Positions 26,701-37,236 of a stretch of DNA of 64,000 nucleotides are shown here, one piece after another (within the stretch, counting starts at the first letter, position 1; every line of letters begins with the position of its first letter). This stretch comes from Phoronis australis. Its lineage: Eukaryota > Animalia > Phoronida. The DNA lies in the NCBI GenBank assembly GCA_002633005.1, contig NMRA01000210.1:628883-692882 (forward strand). Direction: 5' to 3'. The notes beneath the pieces are model-generated. The model was not told where the DNA came from, ran no database searches, and saw only the letters and a list, made by a program, of their open reading frames with translations. The translations under genes were made by a program, and so were the position numbers.

Positions 26701-29700
26701 TTCAAACTGGCCTATGCCCTCAATTCCGAATATGCACGTGTACACAAACATGTACCGTTCCATCGGTTAATTGTTGCATACAATGACACGGCTTTACATG
26801 CACGCACACTGCTATTTGTACGCTCATCGATTTCTATGGGTTTCTATTAATTTTTTTCTAGTTAGTGTTCAAATGTTTCACACGAACGCATGCCTCAAAT
26901 ATGTTTGTTAGACAAAACTAAATGGCATCGGGTCAAGGAATTTTTAGACCTATACTAAAAACTTTGGAAATACAGTGATGTAATGGCGCGCCGGAGAGCG
27001 GCCCGCTTGACAGCTGATCGCCTTGTCGGTTTATAAGCAACTGAAAAATAGGTACAGTTATAACGATGAAAAATGTTAATCACTGCATAATACCATTTTC
27101 TAAACTTTATACATTTCAGTAATTTTCTTTTGGACTGAGCCGGCTAAACCTCCCAGGCCCTAGCATCACTCCGTGAGAATTTCAGACAAAGTGATTAGGA
27201 ATTTTGTCTTTGCAATGGCTTTTATAACCGTTTAAGCAATGCGTGGGTCACAGGTTTACATTGCTTAATGTTACCAATATTTTAAAACCTCCTTAGTATT
27301 TAAAATTTAATATTTTGTTCTGAAAATTCCCCGGCTTCCAGAAGGCCACCGTTCTTTTGTTAACATAGCGTTCATCGTCAATATGGCGGACCGCGTCTCT
27401 GGCTTGCGAGTATAGTCGTGTCGTCTCTATCTATTTATCTCATTGGGGCCCATCTTGAAGAAGAGCGCAGCTAGTACAGCCGAGCAAGTGGCCTTGTTAT
27501 TCTCAGCATGTTCACAAATACTAACAAACCACATTCACTTGACCTACATACAATACCTAACTAAAATGTCCTTAGATTTTAACATTTTGAGAGTGCAAGT
27601 TGGTCGCGGCCGCAACCTAACTGTTCAGTGCCACCTTATCCGGCCAGAGACCGTAGAGAGGGAGACAAATCTCGTTGGACGGCCACTGGCGGCCATTGTT
27701 GTTTCATGGCCTGTAGAGACGTCTGGCGGCGCCAGTATGTGCAATAAACAAATATGGCACGGTATGACCGCTCCGGTCGGCAAAAAAGCAACCGTGCTTT
27801 TTGCACTGCCTACAGCTGCAGCAACAGTTCAATGCAAATTCGTGACTTTTGCTTTTTTGATTCCCTACTGATTAGGATAGATGATGTTCACGATTGAAAC
27901 AAAAGATGTTTTTGCGTGAAACTATTGCCAGTCAGCCAGTGATTGGCTGGGTCATTTGAAATTAATATCTTTACAGTTCCTAGCATTTGTTCGCTTATGT
28001 ATCGTAAATGGTTTGCATCATTTTAGGAATTACTTTTTAACGTAATCTACGCCCATTGATAATTCTAACTACTGTCTTTCATTTCTTTCTGCTGTCTTAA
28101 TACATTCAAATGTAAAAGATAATTATGTTTACTATTACCATTTAATATGTGCTAATTTTTATTGTAATATTACAATATATTTGTTTTTATATGTACTTCA
28201 TTATTTATTTCTTATTATTTACTTCTTGTTATTTATTTATTTTTTTATTTCTTTATTTAGTGTTTTTTCTTCGTCCACTACTACTTACTTAAATTATTTC
28301 TTGCGGCTTCATACAGTCAACATCCTGGCTGTCGATGGTCAATAATATGTATTATATGATATTAATGAACACCCCTAAAAACATTGTTTAAGGTGCACTA
28401 CTAGTGGGTGCATTGTATTGCTCCTCACTGTTTACAAATCATTGACTAGCACTGGTTATTTTGTATACGCAGTTGAAGCTCATTTATGAGATTATAATTT
28501 GAGAACTACTGCAGCATTTTTCTGCATCCACAATATTTTCCTTGTCTGTCAATTATTTTTCAAGCCGACTTGACAAATTCTGGTGAAACTTCACAGTATT
28601 TAAATTTATGGCTAGGATACGCCAGCACCACTTCATTTTGGATGAATGTAAGTGCTGTGCTATCCCATTTTCAACAAAATAGTGCTGGTCCAAAATTCTT
28701 GTTAAAATGGCTTAACAGTGTTTAATGAAACATGACATAGAAATATATGGCGGAGATGCATTGCTTTTTGTCCAATTTTGATAGCAGTTAGAGGTGCACA
28801 TTTATTTTCTGTCATGATATGTACGTCAGTGCATAACGAATATCAATTGTGTGATTTTCTACCCTGCTTGATAATTTTCCATAGGAACTGTTGAAGGAAG
28901 TGTTTTAAAGGCATATTGAGCCCTATATCGGTGGGTACTTCGGTAGTATGTGTGTTACACTCAGTGACGATGTCGTTTATTTAGATTTTTGTTTTGACAC
29001 GGGTCTTAAAACATCAAGTCAGGAATTAAGACGTCCTTAGGTTATTTACTTTGAAGTTGGCGTTTTTTACCTGGGGATTTAGGCTGAATATGCCTTTAAC
29101 TGGCTGCTGATAGTTGATTTAATAAAATGGGGGTCCAGTGCCCGGTTGCGTGAAACGGTCCCAAATAGCAACTCCATTATGTTCTCTAAATCAGTGGCGG
29201 ATTTAGAGGGTGCCAAGGAGGCCATGGCCCCCCTAAAATTCTCCCAGATTTTATTTAGCAATTGGGAATGCGAATGTCTGAAGGGAAAAATCCTGGTTAA
29301 TACTCTGCCCGGCCCACCTAACTCAAACTCCTGGATCCGTTACTGTAAATCTACTGCGTGTATTTTGTGAGTTTATACGTTGAATTCTCAAAATTACTGA
29401 AGATAAGTAGGGGTATTTTCATTCAACGTCCTTAATTTAAGGAAATGATAAAAATATAACGGCTGTGAGTAAAGAGCGAAACAAATACGCAAAAGGTTTA
29501 GGCAACTCAGTCGGTTCCAGGGGGGTCAAAGGGGTCTGGACCCTCCATTTTCCCTTGATTTAAGTGATATCAAATCCAGAATTTTCAAATTGTTGACTTG
29601 GACCACTCTCCTTAAAAATCCTGGATCTGTCCCTGTTTGGGACTTTGTCATGTAATTGGGCACAGACCCTCTTGCTTGAATGTAGAATGTCGTAAGGTTT

Positions 29701-32700
29701 GAATTTTCGAAACAAAACCCGTGTTTGGACGGCGTGAGAAGGCAGTTTTTGGACATTGGCGTAGGAAAAATTTGGTGGTGGGGGGACGAAAGTCTGTTAA
29801 TTTTTCAATTTCATTTTGAAACAGATTTTTTGTGTTGAAAATTTTACTTGTTATTTGTTAATTAATTGATATTAACACCTGGAATATTGGGGGCAGAAAG
29901 TTATCTCCACCCACAACCTTTGGTTGAGGGGCGCCTTTCCCCCGTTTTTGCTCCTACCTCTTCTTCAGCATATCTGTCTTTTATTTATTACTTCCCCGAT
30001 CCCCCTGGACAAAAGCTTACAGGCCCTGTACTTGCCCACCCTCTAATCACCTATTTTCACCTGCTCATCTATGATTTCTGAGTCAACGTCTTGCTTATGA
30101 TGTATTTACCATAATTTATATTAACTTTGTTGCCCATGTTTTTCTTGATTTATTCTTTATTTTGCCAAAACACTGCTCATATTTTTGTTCTCAATATTTC
30201 AAATAAAGACCTTTCACAATTTTTAATTAACAAACTAAAGTCGGCCATGGTAGTCAACTCCTCACGTACTTCGTGGGCGCACACACACCCGCTAGGTGCC
30301 GCCACGGTCCGTGACACAGTAATGGCGGCAGCAAAGTGAGCCTTGTAAAGGGGCACAGAATAGTTCTCACAGGGGTTTGGCTGTCAGAACACACGTCAAT
30401 GGACTCGTCACCCTTTCTTCACTATGACAATAACTGCAGGCAAAGAACGAAAAGTTTTGAGTCATTTCATAGCACAAGCCCCACAGATGAGCACAGAACT
30501 TTATTCTCTCTTGTATTTTTTACCCTTTCTCTCCTTCTGAAAACCACGCTAGACTAAGAAAATAGGGGCGAAAACCTGCAAAATCAACACTTTTCACCCC
30601 AAAACCACCACTTACCTGCCGTAACGAGATCGTCGCAATTTGGTCATATTTATTTTCATGCTTCGAACCTAGTTTTCCAAAAAAATAATACCCTTTCGTC
30701 AGACAACTCTTTGGTGCATTGACTTGTTTTCTAATGTATTTTCCCTGTTGTTAATTATTGACACGCAGTGTCAACTTCCGATTTTGTTTATCGCAGTGAG
30801 CCGCGCTCTGGATTTTAATGTCCGCCCCCTGAATTAGAAGACCATGATTATGTTCAGTCTCGAAAATATAAACTGTGGATTTTTTCGTCTGATGAAACTT
30901 TTTATTGGACGAGGGGCGTCAATGCATTAAATATGAAGTAACCTTCGTCTGAGTCATTCAAACACATGAATAAATTCATTAAGTACGAAATGTTGTCTTT
31001 TGCCAGGTGAACTTACCTCATGACTTATGGGAGCAGATTTTACTGGACTACGACTCTCAACAGTTTGATAAACGTTTGTTCACGCGTGCCATATCTCAAA
31101 TGGCGCCATTCATATACAGGATATACAAAAAGTAAGTAAGTTTAACAGATGGAATATAACCTATCTAGTAACCAATTGGGTTAGTAAGCAGGATAGTAAA
31201 ATAACTTTAAAAACTTGTACGATCCCGTCTTGTGCTATGAATGCACCGTTGAACGTGTAAAATAAGACAAAAATGGTAGAAGACTTCATACAGAAGTTAA
31301 CAATAAAACAAGACCTGTAGGTGTTCAATGCCGGGTCAGTTAGTGGCTGAAATGTAGTTCTAGGTACACAAACGTGAAAACAACCGTGTCTTGGCGCTTC
31401 CGCGTCGTGGCCTTCTCAAGATCGTCTGTGGAGTTTCTTCTCATTTCGTCACGTGAGAACACCTACCAAATGGGCTCATTTACTTTACGAACGTCTACAT
31501 GGATTTGACATTACTTGTAAGATGTCTTAGCTTAAATAAACGCCATTTAAACACACTGAGAATATGTTATTCAGAAATTTTAGGCATACCTCTGTAGATT
31601 ATTTTCTTCCCATATCCACCACTGTACTAGACCAATTTCTTTTTTCTTGAAGGTTTTGCAAATCTTTCTATGTCCCTTCGTCTCTCGTGCCGTTACCCAT
31701 GGTTACCCCAGAGTCGAAGCATCATATCTACCACTGCGATGCAGCGTCTGAGCAAAGGCTTGAAACATCAAAAAAATACACGAATCTGGTTGCGGGAGAT
31801 TGTAGCCGAGTACCGTACTTGCATACACAAGGTAAGGTTTACTAACGGACAAGGTCACTACAACAACCGTTTACTCTCACGTTTCGTTCATGGTCTCTTC
31901 TCTATCCTAAGACAAATTAATTCTGGAGCGAGTTGTCGCTAAGTTCGAGTGCTGTGGTCTGGATGCTATTTAAACTAGCGCAACTTACCTCACTTGTGAC
32001 AAGTTAATTCACGTTATCGAGGTGGGGTAACTTGTCCTGGGGTAACTTGGGTCACTTGTAACGGCTGTATAGCCGCAAAAGTGGAGTTGGGCGGAAGTAA
32101 TTATCACCTGCGGTTACATGCAGGCGGGTTTTCTCTTGCGTGGAGTATTGGTATTAGGTGATCATGGTCACGCACAGAGCGACTACCTCCGTTTTACCTC
32201 AGTTATCCGATGATTGCGTGTGGACTCTCCACTTAGAAGTGGGGTAAGTTGCACTAGTGCAAGTTGTTCTATGTTTGGCTGCGTGTGGACAGGACTTAAG
32301 TCAGCCAGTGTCCTCAGTCTGACTAGCATAGTGTAACAGGCTGAGGCAAATTAACGAAAATATTTGGTGGTCAAGTGCTGGCTACGGTAGCTAACTTGTG
32401 AACTAGTGTTGACTGTTTTACAGTGCATATGATGGACGAGGGATTTCATAAGTCAAAGTACCACCGATATTTCTTCTCCGTGCACGGCGGTTGGCGCCAC
32501 ATAGTCCCCGTTTCCCACAGAGAACACTTGGATCCCTATATCTTCGACCCCGTCTCCGACACGTTTTTGTCGGTGGACTTTGTACCGATAGTGAAGAACC
32601 CTAGCAAGAAAACAGTCGGCTACTGTAGTAAGAAGACCCAGGGGGCCATCTGTTCGCACGCCACTAACCACCAACATGCTGAAGGAAATAAAGACAGTCC

Positions 32701-32938
32701 TCACCCCGAGATAAAAGGGTCTACGAGTCTTCACATTTCCGCTCACGGCTCCTCTCAACAGTCAACGCATCACTTTGGTATACAGAGCCATGGACATGCC
32801 CTCAGTAAAACTCACCTTAGCAGCAGCAAGATGCAGGTGCCAGTAGTGTCATCGGGGATGAACAGTACCGGTTCTAGAACAGTAGACGGTCCAATCGGGG
32901 GAAGTGTTACTAGAGCCCATGCGCGCCACACTAATTAA
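849..32938 (+). CDS. Multi-RGS-domain protein (RGS22-like), 5'-truncated gene model, 17 exons: 849-1358, 5751-6000, 6802-6983, 11349-12124, 15259-15667, 16543-16635, 17263-17440, 18215-18346, 18463-18539, 18713-18830, 19058-19151, 19491-19626, 19786-19927, 20201-20339, 31007-31131, 31653-31831, 32424-32938
   Basis: All junctions are AG|exon|GT with matching phases; the joined 4055 nt reads open to TAA at 32936-32938. RGS-like motifs recur: [27 protein letters not shown]; [20 protein letters not shown]; [51 protein letters not shown]; [35 protein letters not shown]22-like label is from architecture, not a search. Confidence 0.8.
2190..4862 (+). mobile_element. Decayed Ty3/Gypsy LTR retrotransposon gag-pro-RT (3'-truncated, frameshifted)
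   Basis: Gag [23 protein letters not shown] and [19 protein letters not shown]; zinc knuckle remnant ILCKTAGRP; protease-like [10 protein letters not shown]; [47 protein letters not shown]; many stops and frameshifts. Confidence 0.9.
2705..2763. repeat. Compound (CA)n/(CACG)n/(TA)n microsatellite inside gag
   Basis: tacacacacacgcacgcacgcacgcacgcacgcacacacacacacacatacatatata. Confidence 0.95.
4873..5000. mobile_element. About 128-bp MITE at the point where the Gypsy pol ends
   Basis: Imperfect TIR cgtttagtagcgccaggacctcgctaaaa / ttttagctaggtcctagcgttactgaacg; related fragments near 12400 and 23210-23330. Confidence 0.65.
5113..5490 (-). mobile_element. Possible LTR plus primer-binding site of a second Gypsy element
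   Basis: Minus strand starts TGTTAAG at 5490 and ends in TTGTCAGAGTGGGATC, resembling the common Gypsy PBS TGGTGTCAGAAGTGGGAT. Confidence 0.4.
5751..6000 (+). CDS. RGS22-like gene, exon b
   Basis: ttttag|CC, AA|gtaagc; [18 protein letters not shown] resembles the RGS C-terminal helix. Confidence 0.8.
6143..6560 (-). mobile_element. Non-LTR retrotransposon (LINE) RT fragment joined to an (ATTCTG)n-type 3' tail
   Basis: [38 protein letters not shown] across frameshifts; on the minus strand AATAAA followed by ttctgatgctggattctgattct. Confidence 0.8.
6802..6983 (+). CDS. RGS22-like gene, exon c
   Basis: ttatttag|A gives the required phase 2; ACTG|gtaagc donor. Confidence 0.65.
8860..9330 (+). 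repeat. Dispersed repeat, copy 1 (copy 2 at about 46610-47370)
   Basis: Shared blocks ttcctgacgaaa..attcactttcccctgt..taatctccc..ccactta and cacatttt..catataaggg..tacgaacaaacc..agaaccacttt. Confidence 0.75.
10136..10273 (-). mobile_element. tRNA-derived SINE
   Basis: Minus strand: GGCAGTGCGGCCTAGTGTGG (A box), GGTTCGAGTCCC (B box), AT-rich tail. Confidence 0.7.
10868..11002 (+). repeat. About 135-bp hairpin-containing dispersed repeat, copy 1
   Basis: Aligns collinearly with 51957-52093. Confidence 0.8.
11349..12124 (+). CDS. RGS22-like gene, exon d (RGS-like domain)
   Basis: Lies within the 289-aa ORF; ttttag|AT, CAG|gtaagc; [19 protein letters not shown]. Confidence 0.85.
15259..15667 (+). 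CDS. RGS22-like gene, exon e
   Basis: tttcag|ATA (phase 0), GTCG|gtaaga; lies within the 170-aa ORF. Confidence 0.75.
16543..16635 (+). CDS. RGS22-like gene, exon f
   Basis: caatag|GG, AATT|gtaagt; 93 nt, phase 1-1, [14 protein letters not shown]. Confidence 0.7.
17263..17440 (+). CDS. RGS22-like gene, exon g
   Basis: ttgtag|AC, CCGAG|gtacgt; phases match neighbours. Confidence 0.75.
18215..18346 (+). CDS. RGS22-like gene, exon h (RGS domain start)
   Basis: ttccag|G, AGG|gtaaat; [28 protein letters not shown]. Confidence 0.85.
18463..18539 (+). CDS. RGS22-like gene, exon i
   Basis: ttacag|G, TACG|gtgagt; [15 protein letters not shown]. Confidence 0.8.
18713..18830 (+). CDS. RGS22-like gene, exon j
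   Basis: acaag|GT, AATG|gtacgc; [14 protein letters not shown]. Confidence 0.8.
19058..19151 (+). CDS. RGS22-like gene, exon k
   Basis: ggag|G, ATT|gtaagc; completes W-FKKY and bridges phase 2 to phase 0. Confidence 0.7.
19491..19626 (+). CDS. RGS22-like gene, exon l
   Basis: tttcag|CAA, GAAA|gtaagt; [21 protein letters not shown]. Confidence 0.8.
19786..19927 (+). CDS. RGS22-like gene, exon m
   Basis: cttcag|AA, TTAA|gtaagc; [14 protein letters not shown]. Confidence 0.8.
20201..20339 (+). CDS. RGS22-like gene, exon n
   Basis: atgcag|A, CAG|gtaaat; [22 protein letters not shown]. Confidence 0.8.
20436..20504 (-). mobile_element. tRNA-like SINE head inside a larger non-autonomous element (about 20372-21098)
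   Basis: Minus strand: GGCGTGGTGGTGTAATGG (A box), GAGTTCGAGTCTC (B box); surrounding cagtggcgg..atccgcctatg hAT-like termini. Confidence 0.55.
21288..22168. mobile_element. Fold-back derivative of the THAP Kolobok-type family
   Basis: Inverted arms 21288-21568 and 21865-22168 match 42005-42312; spacer matches 39545-39880 ([21 protein letters not shown] zinc finger); TTAA at 22169-22172. Confidence 0.85.
22406..22639. mobile_element. Short hAT-like MITE
   Basis: TIR cagaggcggatctac / gtagatctgccactg; no clear TSD. Confidence 0.7.
24067..24268 (+). repeat. Degenerate interstitial (TTAGGG)n tract
   Basis: Repeated ttaggg / tcaggg / taggg units, e.g. gggttagggttagggtt. Confidence 0.8.
24390..24657 (+). 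mobile_element. Left end of a TTAA-type (Kolobok-like) non-autonomous family; matching right end at about 27575-27635
   Basis: TTAA|ggaggcacacaacagtt is complementary to aactgttcagtgccacc|ttat; the same left end occurs at 30350-30612, the right end also at 2130-2188, and a short diverged copy at 34281-34803. Confidence 0.6.
29192..29345. mobile_element. Short MITE flanked by TAAAT direct repeats
   Basis: taaat|cagtggcggattta..tggatccgttactg|taaat; a related element lies at about 29508-29635. Confidence 0.65.
30350..30612 (+). mobile_element. Second left-end fragment of the 24390 family
   Basis: Collinear with 24390-24657. Confidence 0.75.
31007..31131 (+). CDS. RGS22-like gene, exon o
   Basis: tgccag|GTG, AA|gtaagt; [26 protein letters not shown] continues the RGS fold across a 10.7-kb intron. 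Confidence 0.8.
31653..31831 (+). CDS. RGS22-like gene, exon p
   Basis: cttgaag|G, CAAG|gtaagg; open reading and phase-compatible. Confidence 0.75.
31974..32258. mobile_element. MITE-like element with 22-bp inverted repeat and internal ggggtaa(c/g)ttg motifs
   Basis: actagcgcaacttacctcactt / aagtggggtaagttgcactagt. Confidence 0.55.
32424..32938 (+). CDS. RGS22-like gene, terminal exon (His/Ser-rich tail)
   Basis: ttacag|TG; 171-aa ORF ending in TAA. Confidence 0.75.
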
Positions 32939-33074
32939 TTATACTGGATGACAAAATTAAATTTGAACCTACAAAGATGTAAGATGTAAGCTTGCAGAAG
33001 TGTCCTTGTTATCGAAGGGTATCGGTTAGTTTGAGACTGTGCCCTTCTGTAGATTGAAGACTCAGAGGTTGGTG

Positions 33075-33080
33075 AATAAA
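33075..33080 (+). promoter_or_regulatory. Candidate polyadenylation signal of the RGS22-like gene
   Basis: AATAAA about 137 nt after the stop codon. Confidence 0.4.
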
Positions 33081-34050
33081 GTCAGAGATAAATTTGTAAA
33101 CAGTGGCGTGATTTTAACATACAGAACCAGAACAATGTTCACGTGAAATTTAATTGTACAACGGCAGACAAATTCATTGAGTGGCCGTTATAATTTATTG
33201 ATCTACTTTATAGGAATTTAGAACGAAATTTCCGACAAAAATTCACATGTAGCATCAAACAACTTCAGCTCCTTTTTGAATAATTAAAGCATGCCCGGCT
33301 CTGTATATGCATGGTAGATCCGGTACACACTGGTCTCTTGTTTTCCATACTGCATCCATTTATAGTTAAACGATCGATGCCTGCAGATGTGCGGCAGATA
33401 AAGATGGCACGGGGGCCGAGCTCCACATTGTAAAAAAGACCTTCGTATTTTTTATAGAAAATGACGTACGAAATGGTATAAGAAAACACTTGCAGTATAT
33501 CTTAAAATTTTGGTACCCAAGTTAATGAAGTGAAGGTTGAGAGTTGTTCGTTCTCTTTTGTGTTTATTGTATGCTTTACTGGTCGGTAACTCGCTTTTGT
33601 CCTCTTTAACTAGTGGTACAGGCATACTATACATTTTTGAACCCTCTTAGTGGAATTTCTACCAGGACACTAGTAAGGGAAACGTATCATAAATAATTCA
33701 AATGTTATTTGTTTAGATTTGTTTGTACTTGCTAAAAACAGAACGGAGCAAGATGTTGTGCGCTGGGCGTTGATTATTACGTATAGAGTAAATATAACTT
33801 TCATATTTTCTCCATTGGAGTAATACATTGTAATAAACAATCACAACAAAGGGTAGACATGAAAACGAAATGATATACATTAATAAGTTTCTATTAAAAC
33901 AAAAACATTGCTTTTGTCTTCGTGGGCCACATGAGGCAGGCGGAAACAATGCCTCAAACACGTAGAAAACTATACATGACGCGATTCCCTGAGCTCTTCT
34001 GCAATTGAGATGAGTCTCGTTGTGTTGTAATTGAGTGCGGCGGGGCTTAA

Positions 34051-35601
34051 AGGGGAAATTGCAATGTCAAAACCAATCTGAACAACAATATGGTCTAAAT
34101 TCGTGTTTATAATTATAATTGTAATTGCTATATTCTTAACATTAACTGAATTGTACGTCGCTATACAAAGTTAATTACATACATGTATTTAGTGCCGTGG
34201 TGTTGTAACGCCATTGTTGTAACGGAAAATAGAAACGGCACCATTTTCGTTCGTTACACATCTATGACGTGGTGTAGGGGAGGGGGCACACTACAGTTAA
34301 AACAGGCTTTTGGCTGCCGACACACACCGAAGTAGAGATGGGCCCTTTCCTCACGTGCTAATCGAGTGTCTGAAAAAACAAGGGTTTTTGTAGCATTCCC
34401 AACACACAAACACTACTCATGATAACTGAAACTTAATTACGCTACAGATTTTTAATCGGTAATTTTTCATCAGAAACAAATCCCGGCACACAAAAATATT
34501 ACCAAAAAACACCAAATTTGACAGTTTTCTCCCCAAAATTGCCACTTCCTTGCAAGTTCTAGGAAAAATCCAACCACGGATTCAGAAATCTTTCACTCTC
34601 TAGATTCTAAAATTGCGGTTATAGTATGCCCCTTACCAGCTACTTTTTTGGCAAATTTGATCCGTCTGACAGCCACCTGAAATCGCACCCGCTTTCTCGG
34701 ACAGCAGGCGACAGGAGTTGAAAGCAAATGACAGCCACCGTTTTGTATCAAAAGTAGGTCACGAAAATGCCTCGTGGCTACAGCCCAACTGTTCAGTGCT
34801 ACCGGAACACAAAGAAAACAATGTGTCCAAGGGAGTACCTTGGAATTGAGTTACCAGCGTGTTTTACTTTATTTAATGTCTGCATTCTTTTCAAAATACA
34901 TGCATCGTTTGAGATCAGCTTTCTTTGCTGTGGCTTTTAGTTTTATCCTTTTATAACTAAATTTTTCACGGAAAACTAACAGATTTTTAAACACTTGAGA
35001 AATATGGTGATTGTGAAAAAAGATCGTTATTGTTCAGGCACTGCGAAAGTGTCATGAATTTTTAGACATCAAAATTATCAAGATTAATATTTACAAGACC
35101 AGCTTCAACCTTCATGACGTGTTTGTCGTCGAAGCAGCCGTCCTCAAAATGGTCGGAGCATTTTTCGGCTCCGACAGATGGCTGACTCTTCAGTAATTTT
35201 CCAAAGACGAGCAGTGCACACGAAAATGTGCTATTACGCGGCCAGATGCTTGTCTTTTGGGAATTTAAATGGGCTCACGCCTTCCACCTGGGTGGTGTTA
35301 GAACAGGTAGAGCACACACACCGATGCACCATAGCTAAAACACGCCAAGTTTGAACGGTCTTTGTTCGTCGTGTACTGTGATATAATGGCGGTGAACTGC
35401 ATTGTGGGACACGCTCTAGTTTGTGTTCTCCAACACCATGGCACGATGGCAAAGGTCAACTTTTCGCGGATTTTTTTAGTTTGGCTTTTTTAAAATAACT
35501 AAAGATACAATTATGCGATAATTTGAATAAAATACATCCAAATAGCAATACCTTGAAGATATTATTGCAATTTAACATACTTGGACCTTGCAAATTCCAC
35601 T
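34051..35601 (-). mobile_element. Kolobok-type non-autonomous element with THAP remnant
   Basis: TTAA on both sides; TIR aggggaaattgcaatgtcaaa / ttggaccttgcaaattccact; MVHRCVCSTCSNTTQVEGVSPFKFPKD..CSDHFEDGCF. Confidence 0.75.
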
Positions 35602-37236
35602 TTAATGTAAAGTTCACGCAACGCGATGAATATTATGATGAAGCACGCTGGACAAAGAAAAACTGACCGATCTTTGCGTTTAAATATTGCGGCAAGACCT
35701 TCTGCCCGCCAAGCCACCGGCTATTGAGTGTTACATGGGGACTTGTTTCTTGAATCTTTCTCTTCCAGTCTTGCAGTTCATTGTCGGCGTGACATCGGCA
35801 ACATTGTTCAGTAACGTCACAAGAGAGGCGCGGCTCCGTCAACCGTGAATTTCTTTAAAAAGGTACCTCACATTTCCCTTGCAGTAAAGAGAAGATGTTA
35901 AGAGTGGCTCCGTATAAAAACCAACAGGTTGAGTCTATACCCAAAATCACAGATTTTTTTTAGACTTAGCACATAAGTTTGGTTTGGTGAGATGTAGAAA
36001 AATCTCACTTTTTTAGAATTTCCATCCATTATTTCTCTTTTTATGACCGGTACTTCCATTTTGCAACAAAATTGGGCGCCGAAGTAGACATGTTTGAATG
36101 CATTTTACTACCATGTATAGTACGCTGATAACAAATGAGTGATACAGTTTGAAAGGACTATGATTGAATAATTTAATGGCTTAACTTTCAAAATTCATTT
36201 TTAAGTCTGTATGTTTTGATTTTGTGTGAAAAAAACGGCTATTTGAAGGTTTTCAAAGAAGTCATTTTCGGCCACCCTGTAGCAGCCACATTGCAGCTTT
36301 CCAAGAACTGGCTTCGTAATAATCTGTTTATTCATTCCTAACCTGTTCATAATCTAAAATAAAAAATCTTGCCTCTCCCGTAGTTTTTGCTTACGAAGCA
36401 TTACACGAACTGCACTTGGTCCTATTTGCCTGTTCTCAGTTGCCTCAAGCACCAATAGGGGGCTCTTGGAACATGTAATTAGCTTGCAAAAACACGACGT
36501 AAGTAGCTTGTATCTTAGAGGAATAGCAGACAGCATTACTAATTACCATTCCCTGAAAATCACAATGATGATTATTCCTTATCACAAAAAATTATGTACA
36601 TAAATTATGACTGGCTTGCGTCCTTCGTCTCTATGATAGGCCTACATGGCGTCGCTGTTTGTTTCCATGGAGACTGGTGGACGCAACTAGAAGCCGAATC
36701 TGCCTTACTCTCGTTTTTTATGTGCGTTGCGTGAGCTAATGGCATAGGAAGGGGGGACCGAAGGGGGCCATGGCCGTCTGTTCAGTGTAAAAAATTCGTC
36801 AACTCCGTCGGTCAAAACTCATTGTAATTTTGCGTTCACCCAACATCGGATATTTCTTACAGTGCAGCGAACATTCAAGGTCAATAGAAAAAAGTCATGA
36901 AAGACAATTTTATTAATGTATCAGTTCATGACAGACATTAGGTCAACAAAGTTCAACGCAAGTAACGGTCTGGACTTCAACCGTACAGACTGTCTCTGTG
37001 GCGTAGCAAGGGATCGAAGGGGGTCAGGTGCACCCGAGCGCCTGTCGAACTTTTCTGATATAGATTTGCGTGTTAAAGGCGAAGGCAACCGTTTTTTATG
37101 TCATTTTTAGCGAAAGTAAGGTTCGTTGATTATCCCAGACCTATTTTTCACTTAATTACAGCTTTTCTTAATTTAATTAATTACTTGTTCTCTACTCTGG
37201 AAGTGACGTTTTGGGAGGCAAGAATTTCTCTCCAAT

